A stretch of DNA of 64,000 nt, taken from Flectonema sp. DT1601. Taxonomy: Eukaryota. This document shows, piece by piece, positions 57,239 to 64,000 of this stretch (within the stretch, counting starts at the first letter, position 1; every line of letters starts with the position of its first letter). Position numbers and translations under genes: made by a program. The stretch is from the NCBI GenBank assembly GCA_964019425.1, contig OZ025799.1, positions 186,001 through 250,000 on the forward strand, read 5' to 3'. The notes under the pieces are model-generated. The model ran no database searches. It worked only from the letters and a program-made list of their open reading frames with translations, and had not been told where the DNA came from.

Positions 57239-57333
57239 TTAAAGATATCCTGTTAGGAGATGATGTACTAGTCAATACAAAATAAATAAATTTATTAACT
57301 ACTTATAAAGTAACTTATTGTTTTAAACAGAAC

Positions 57334-57948
57334 TTATTCTTCTTCTTCTTCTTCTTGGACTTCTCCGTTTTCAATGGCGAGAAACTTTTCTTTTTCTAGT
57401 TCACCAGTTAAGTCGCAGACTTCGTCGATCATGTTTTTAAGTCTACCCATGATAGCTCTCGCTTCTTGTTTACAATTTTGAAGTTCTGAAACTTTTGATG
57501 TTAACATCGTATCAAGTTGAGAACGAGGAACTGTTTGTAATTCCGCTCGAGCACCAGATTTGATTTCTGGATCGATACACTGACGTTCAAAATGTGCTTG
57601 GCATTCCTCGAGTTCTTTTAGTTTTGCTGAAAGGTCATCTGTTGATGTGTTTGTTGTTAATGATTGTTCAGTCATATATAAACACCTCCATTCTTCCATT
57701 TGTTTTTGTAGCTGTTCTTCAGTATCAGTAGCTGTAAGATCTTTGTCTTTATCGTAGCTTTGACCAGTGTAGGTTTTAAATTCTTCCATCTTCTTTTCCA
57801 GCTGTTCTACGAGATCATTTGTATCCATTTCTTTTAGTTTGACTTCTTCTTCGTTGGTTTGTTGTTTTACCGTTTCTATTTCCACTTCTGTTTCTCTTCT
57901 CAATTCCTCAAGTTCTCTTAACTGGTCTTCAAGAGTCACATTAGTCAT
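57334..57948 (-). CDS. Acidic coiled-coil protein (unknown function)
   Basis: 204-aa ATG-initiated, E/K/L-rich ORF. Confidence 0.65.
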   Translation of the reverse strand: MTNVTLEDQLRELEELRRETEVEIETVKQQTNEEEVKLKEMDTNDLVEQLEKKMEEFKTYTGQSYDKDKDLTATDTEEQLQKQMEEWRCLYMTEQSLTTNTSTDDLSAKLKELEECQAHFERQCIDPEIKSGARAELQTVPRSQLDTMLTSKVSELQNCKQEARAIMGRLKNMIDEVCDLTGELEKEKFLAIENGEVQEEEEEE

Positions 57949-58405
57949 GGTGTAAGTGGCTGTCAGAATACGAAATGTATAGATTTGTTGTATTCAACTC
58001 AATACAAAAAAACATATTAAAAGAAATCCTTCTTTTTTTTTTTTTTTTTTTTTTTTTTTTCCTTCATTTTATTTTTGTCTTCCTCTATTCTATATCTCGT
58101 TATGTTAAAGAACTTTTTTTTTTTTTTTTTTCTTCCTCGTCTTTTTTTTTGTGTTTTTTTTTTTTTTTTTTTGAATTTTCTTTAAAACATAATACTGTAA
58201 TGTAACGCTTTATTCAGATACTACGATTTTGAAAATATGAAGACATGGGGGATTGAACTGGAGGTTCCTTATGTTACTTACGCGGATACTGTGTTAATCA
58301 AACATTACTATACTAAAGAAAATCTCAGCACAGCTATCAACAATCAGTGGAGTACCTTCCGCGATGAATCTTTTGTTAATTACCGTCCTCCCAAAAAGGA
58401 AATAC

Positions 58406-59350
58406 CTATGCCGTAATCCAAGGAAATATAGTACCAAAACACAAGTGTTGAACGACAGGCCATTGGGCTAATACTTCCCCGTGATACATTTTTAACATCC
58501 CTTTGTTAATTTTTGTCCAACCCAACGGGAATAACGATGCTAATGTCGGTGAGTTCTCTCCAAAGTTTCCAGTCTTGTTAGTACGAATCCAGTTAATGCC
58601 TTCGAGGTACATGTATTCAGATGCACCGTCGGCACAGGTTTTCAAAACATCAGCAGGGGAGATGACTCTGTGATCAAGTAACTGTGAAGACCCCCAATAG
58701 AAAGTTAAATGATGATAATCATCTAATCCCCAAACTCCTTTACTTCCGGCAGGTTCAAGAGAGTAGTGCGTTTGCAGCCTTCGCATTAATGTGATGTACT
58801 TTCCGAATACTGAAAGAACCATGTACGCTGATTCACTTGGTTGAACAGCTCCAATCTTTGCTAGACAGTACAAGACCATTACGAAGTTTAATTCATGACC
58901 TGTTCCGTAGTCAATACGAGTCTCGTTACCAAATGCATCCTTCCAATAGACAGCTATCTCTGGAGCAAGAGACTTATTGCTGTCAGGGAGTAGTTTCTCG
59001 AAAAGTGGAATTGCGTTCTCACACATTCTAGTGTGCCATGTTCTAAACGCTTTGTTACCGTATCTCTGTTGTGTGAGGTCCTGTAGTGGAATATCATCAA
59101 TCGTTGAGTATAACTCTTCTAAAGCCGCTTCCATACCTTCTAATATGCTGCTTTTAGGTTGAGCCTTTCCCTCTGCTACTGTCATTCCCTTCACTGCATC
59201 GTTCAAGTTTGATAATAAAGCCGTCAGTTGAGTGTAACTCTCGCTCTTTAGCCAACGATCGCAGTCTTCTTTGGTACGAATTCTCTTCCTCGCTGGTTTA
59301 TCGAGCGGGTCTTCAGGAAGAACGGTAGGTTTCGCCCACGGGGCTGCCAT
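58406..59350 (-). CDS. PTPA: Serine/threonine-protein phosphatase 2A activator (PTPA/RRD)
   Basis: RYGNKAFRTWH, FGNETRIDYGTGHEL, YSLEPAGSKGVWGLDDY, GMLKMYHGEVL..WPVVQH. Confidence 0.96.
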   Translation of the reverse strand: MAAPWAKPTVLPEDPLDKPARKRIRTKEDCDRWLKSESYTQLTALLSNLNDAVKGMTVAEGKAQPKSSILEGMEAALEELYSTIDDIPLQDLTQQRYGNKAFRTWHTRMCENAIPLFEKLLPDSNKSLAPEIAVYWKDAFGNETRIDYGTGHELNFVMVLYCLAKIGAVQPSESAYMVLSVFGKYITLMRRLQTHYSLEPAGSKGVWGLDDYHHLTFYWGSSQLLDHRVISPADVLKTCADGASEYMYLEGINWIRTNKTGNFGENSPTLASLFPLGWTKINKGMLKMYHGEVLAQWPVVQHLCFGTIFPWITA

Positions 59351-60326
59351 ATTGTTATACTTTGATAGCTCCTACTGCAAAGGGAATAGCACAGTTAAGT
59401 GTTTCAGTACCAACTTGTTATTGTGATTGACAACAAGGACTCTCGTTCGTGTAAAGCATCTTTGACCAATTCGAGTCCTAATAATTGTGATTGTGAATCC
59501 AAAAGGAACCTCACTCACCATCCCTCGCCAATACCCGTCAAGGCAGGTCTTGCGCTCTGTCTTTTTGGGGATGGGATATAAAGTTGTAGATTGAGATTTG
59601 TTTTCTGTTTTTGTTTTTTTTAAAAAAAAACTTCCTTGCTCAGTCTCCTCTCTTACTTTTTTTTTTTTTTTTTTTTTTGCTGTGTGTTATTTAGCTCTTT
59701 CCCAAGTGTTTTATGTTCACTGAATAGACTGACTAAATACCATGACATTGCAGTGACAAATGTATGTAACATGTGTGTGCACAACATAAAAAATATTGCT
59801 AAATTGGTAGGCTTAGAAGGTTCTTCCTATCTAATTAGCGTTTCTCTATTGTGTTTTTCTTGTATATTGTTATTGTTGATGTTGTTGTTGTTGTTTTTTT
59901 TTGTTTTCTTCTGGTGCAGTTCAGGGTTAGAATCTATGACGAACAAAATGAATAAATGAAAACAAGCGGACAATAAAAAAAAAAAAAAAAAAAAAAAAAG
60001 GATTTCTTTCTTAATTAATATAACAAACAACATCAGTTTTGAATAATTCATAAAAATATAAAAAAACAAGGAAAAAAAAAGAATCAAAGCAACCTTAACA
60101 CAATAATAGTAAAGAGGTAAATTGAAAAATTAATTTCTAACGGAATGTCTGATGATTCCAACGTATCTTGCGAGACAGCTGCTAAAGGCTTCCTTCCGCA
60201 TTCAGCAGAGGATACAAGATAATAAACACACAGGGCTTTAATTACTGAATAAATAGAACAGAGGAATGGCATTCTCTTACAGGACAACTGATAAGGGAAT
60301 GAACAAATGGGGTCAACAGGACCAAA

Positions 60327-60750
60327 CTAAAAACAAATCGATGACTTGCCTCCAGGAGGCGCGTGAATGCGAGTCGTCGGGCGATCAGAAATAACATTAC
60401 CACTATTTTGACAGGCGTTTGAAGCCCAGGCATTTGACGACTGTGAAGTCCTTCGTGCAGATGCTGCCTGCTCGTCTGGAAGAGTCGCAGCAACTGCTGC
60501 AGGCTCACGTTGCTGACATGGTTGTTGTTCTACTACTGGAGCGACTTTCGCTGCTTTTTGTGGTTCCGGCTGTTTTGTTTTGAAATATTTAAGTCAATCA
60601 CTATTTGGAACTTCAGGAATTAATATCACAAGTAATACACACCTCTCCCCAACCCAATGAGAATGTTGAATCACCACCTGGAGCTGCTACTACTCGCGTA
60701 CTTCTCTTTCCCATCATTTGGTTTCTGTTGCATGGATCTCCATTCACCAT
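60327..60750 (-). CDS. SPIRAL1-like (PGG-motif) microtubule-associated protein, two exons, 116 aa; not in the ORF track
   Basis: Exon 1 60643-60750 (MVNGD...KRSTRVVAAPGGDSTFSLGWGE), 73-bp GT-AG intron 60570-60642, exon 2 60327-60569 ending SNAWASNACQNSGNVISDRPTTRIHAPPGGKSSICF*. Confidence 0.82.
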
Positions 60751-61524
60751 TTTGAGGATGTATATTCTGATGTGAAATATTAACGTAATTAAAATTATTA
60801 TTATTATGTGTGTGAATTCAACAGTCTTGTCTTTTAGTACGTCAGAACAAAGCCTTCAGTCCAACGGATGAAAAATCCACGCAAACTAGCACGGGATATT
60901 AGTAAGCTTTCCGACTGCTTTTTATCGCTTTTGTTACTTTTTCATTTCATTTTTTTCTCGATTCCCAACCATTCGTAAAAAAAACAATATTTGACTGCGA
61001 ATAGCAGTATAAACTTCAACTGAAAAATCGAGCTTTTTCAGACAGCATTGGATTGGTTAAGTTTGAGGAAGCAACTTCTCATAGAATGTACTTTCGAATC
61101 AAACAAAACATCCGCCGTCAGAGATCAGTAGCTCTTTAGTAAATGCGCTCCAGAAGTAGGTTCACAAAACTGAAACAAACTTCTATTAAACCTGCTGTTT
61201 GTCAGCTAATAGTTTTAGACATCAGCAAGAAAAGGCTCACGGAAGCAACTTCTCACACAAAAGAATTCTGCTTTCCTTAAAAAAAAAATATAAATAAATA
61301 AAAAGATAAACAGGTTGAGTCAGCATACAATTTCAGACTTCACGCCGACTGAACCAGCGGATGAAACTTTTAAGTAACTGCGTCTGCTAAAAGAAAATCT
61401 TTCGCATAAATAAACTTTCGTCCACTTGCAATTCCCAATGAGGCTGTGTAAACAACTGATCACTAATTTGTTGATTGTGTTGCTCAAGTAATGTCTGTAG
61501 TCAATCCGTTCGGTAGTCTCTCAC

Positions 61525-62721
61525 TTAGCATTTGCCGTCTTTACCCCAGACGCCGTTCTTAGCCAATTGTTTCTTTTTGCGTGCGATTCCTCCAGGAAGA
61601 TGATTCGCGTGGTATGCAATAATATCCTCATGGCTTCTAACCTTATGCTTACCAGCAGGAAACAGTTGTGGATCCAGTACACAATATTCAAATGTGGGTG
61701 ACTGCAACTTAGCATCAGACTGTCGCTGACAAAATCTAGCAGACTTGAAAAATGAAGGCTTCTCTAATTCATAAGTAGGTTTCCACACAGCAGGTAGTTT
61801 CTTTAACTTTGAACCCCAATCACCATAGTAATGCGGATTCAAGTTAAGTTCCTCATTAAATGCACGTTGTATTGCACGTTGATCTCCTGCTCCATCTGTC
61901 GGGCTTAAATTAGGACTATTAGCATGAGCATAACAGCTCTTCATTGCTTTTTTAAAGAGCTGTAGCAGTTCTTGGTTACGACTACTTGCGTAGTAGAATC
62001 CAGAATTAAGTAAGAAACAAGCCGGATCCATTTTGGACAAGTCACTTGGGATCTCCCTACAAGCAGGGTGATTGCTTTGATAAACAAAATCATATTGCAA
62101 TGCGTTCTTAAAGAATGGTAACGGATCTTGCTTAAAAACACAGTCAGCATCGATAATAATAACGTCAGCACCTGCTTCTAGAAATGCTATGAGGGCATCA
62201 ACTTTTTGACATCCCATAATGTTAAATCTGTTGCTGTTAAGCTTTATTTGCTCTGTAGTTTCAATACCAGGAAGTTGTATTGATTTAGCGGGTCCCATAA
62301 ACTGAGTTGCATTGTAGTCGAATGCGAGAACCATGAAATCCAATCCATGTTTTTGAGCATGGCATTTCCAATTATCAAACATTTCTTCATAAGCATTATT
62401 CACCATTGTGACTAATATAATGTTCTTCAATTCTGGATGAAGGGTCTTGTCTTTGTATAGCCCTGCACTGTTTTTCCACTTCTCCCTCACCTCATCTTCG
62501 AAGCTCATTTTCGTTTCTGTTTTCATACGCGGGACAGCAACACTCGTCGTATTTGTATTTTGATATTTTTTCAGCTCTGCTTCATACTTATCGTCCTCTC
62601 TTTTTGCAATAGCGTTTAATAAGTCTCGTCGTTGTTGGTGGCAGTCGTCTTTGTGAATTAAAATCATCACTAAAATGGTGACGACGATGACATACAACAC
62701 CTTTGGAGTAGTGGAGATCAT
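61525..62721 (-). CDS. Type II membrane nucleotide-diphospho-sugar transferase (Nucleotid_trans/GT77-like)
   Basis: N-terminal TM helix and stem, ILVTMVNNAY..MFDNW, DxD motif IIIDADCVFKQDP, LNSGFYY, DQ, LDPQLFP, YHANH...KK. Confidence 0.85.
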   Translation of the reverse strand: MISTTPKVLYVIVVTILVMILIHKDDCHQQRRDLLNAIAKREDDKYEAELKKYQNTNTTSVAVPRMKTETKMSFEDEVREKWKNSAGLYKDKTLHPELKNIILVTMVNNAYEEMFDNWKCHAQKHGLDFMVLAFDYNATQFMGPAKSIQLPGIETTEQIKLNSNRFNIMGCQKVDALIAFLEAGADVIIIDADCVFKQDPLPFFKNALQYDFVYQSNHPACREIPSDLSKMDPACFLLNSGFYYASSRNQELLQLFKKAMKSCYAHANSPNLSPTDGAGDQRAIQRAFNEELNLNPHYYGDWGSKLKKLPAVWKPTYELEKPSFFKSARFCQRQSDAKLQSPTFEYCVLDPQLFPAGKHKVRSHEDIIAYHANHLPGGIARKKKQLAKNGVWGKDGKC

Positions 62722-64000
62722 TTGTACTCCTTCACCTGTTAAGGAAAACTAAATAAGTGTTCTAACGGTAATTGCACACGATGCCTTTCAATACCCTCCT
62801 CCTAGTTGTTACATAACTCCAAGACAAATCCTGTTTAAAAATAAAACAATGACACTTCTAAATAAGGATGACACAAACTGAGAGAAGAGTGTTCTTATTG
62901 GGATATGCTTACCAACGTACATACCCATACCCCAGGGTTGGGGTTGGGTTATTCGTGTTTTTCTAGGTGCTATATTTCTGTTCCTTCTTTTTTTTTTTAA
63001 ATGTTCCTACTTCTGTGGCTTCGAAAAGGCTAAAACCCCACCACATATGAATGTTTGATGTATTCTCGCTGTGCGTCTATGGCGACGTGGTGAGTGTACG
63101 CTTTTGCAAGATTGTGATGGCAGTTTGGGTTTTCTCTACCTAAAAGGGTTAGTTCACATTTGAAAGTTCCATTGCTTTTTATTTTGTTTTCTTTCTTGAA
63201 TGATCACTTTTAATTTATTATAAAGTAGACAATCAAAAAGTGGACAGCAAACATATGTTCTGCTACTCGTTAGCGATTGCTATAAACATCGGTAAACTGT
63301 AGTTTGAACGCTGAACACATGCTATATATTTCTCTCAATTATCAGAGAAAAAAAAGGTTCAGAAGCTAAGCTTGATTTATCCTTTCAAGATATAAGTTTG
63401 CTTGGTCGCTTTTTTTTTTTAATTTGATGAAAAAAAAAAAGAGAAGAAAAAAAATATCTTTCGGAATCAGTTTCGTATCTGACTTGCGTAGTTGTGTTTG
63501 CAAAAAAAAAAAAAAAAAAAAGGGAAAATGGAAGAAAATCGGATTTCATAGAGAGACTTTTTTTTTTTTGTTTTTTTTTGTTTTTTTTTCCCCGAACAGA
63601 TCTTTTTTTGTACTGCAGCTGGAATTAATCAGCGAGAACTTTGTTGGCATCATGGCTGAGAGAGAATGCATCAATCACAGTTTGACATAAATAAGACTGA
63701 GCCAAGTATTCAATAACATACGGTATTCCATCAGTCAAACTGCGAGCATAAATAATAAAAATAGCTGCTAGGAAAGTCTCACAGGGGTTACGAAATGAGG
63801 AATGAAATCGTTTTTAGCGATTGAGATGTTGTTAAAGGAGCACTGCGTGAATTTTTAAGAGAGGGGTTGTACTAATTATTACCGGTTTGAGAAAGTTTCC
63901 ACCGTGTTCCGGCAAGACGTACAGAATAATTTACAATTTATTATAAGAATTCGAGTCGTTGTTTTTAAAAAAAAAAAAAAAAAAAAAAAAGGAACATTCG

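Noticed and set aside
60242..60508. 88-aa ORF MSLQQLLRLF...
   Set aside because: Wrong frame; the real reading frame is exon 2 of the SPIRAL1-like gene.
62922..62950. GGGTT-rich telomere-like sequence or hairpin
   Set aside because: Only about three imperfect units; too short to support a call.
1..64000. Alternative genetic code or stop-codon reassignment
   Set aside because: Conserved proteins are uninterrupted in the standard code and all three stop codons end genes.

Overview
AT-rich eukaryotic (protist) nuclear DNA with many poly-A/T tracts, standard genetic code (TAA, TAG and TGA all end credible ORFs) and short GT-AG introns. All ~27 credible genes lie on the minus strand, some only 80-180 bp apart. 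Many have a pyrimidine-preceded CAG acceptor just upstream of the ATG. This fits polycistronic transcription with spliced-leader trans-splicing and suggests a euglenozoan, probably a diplonemid (inference). Recognisable genes: BBS8/TTC8, PTPA, gephyrin/CNX1, an FMO, SFT2, a TauE transporter, a SMARCD-like protein, a MAP2K-like kinase, a RING-H2 protein and a GT77-like glycosyltransferase. Three genes are fragmented or missing in the ORF track and appear only after splicing: a secreted tandem-DOMON protein built from 663-bp exon+intron repeats, a ~4,300-aa probably GPI-anchored surface protein, and a SPIRAL1-like protein. There is also a 1.7-kb internally deleted Mutator-like element. The most striking observation is a single-ORF fusion of an NAA80-like actin N-terminal acetyltransferase with an ACTMAP/C19orf54-like actin-maturation protease, i.e. 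two consecutive steps of actin N-terminal processing in one polypeptide. All family calls are by-eye motif recognition; no searches were run.
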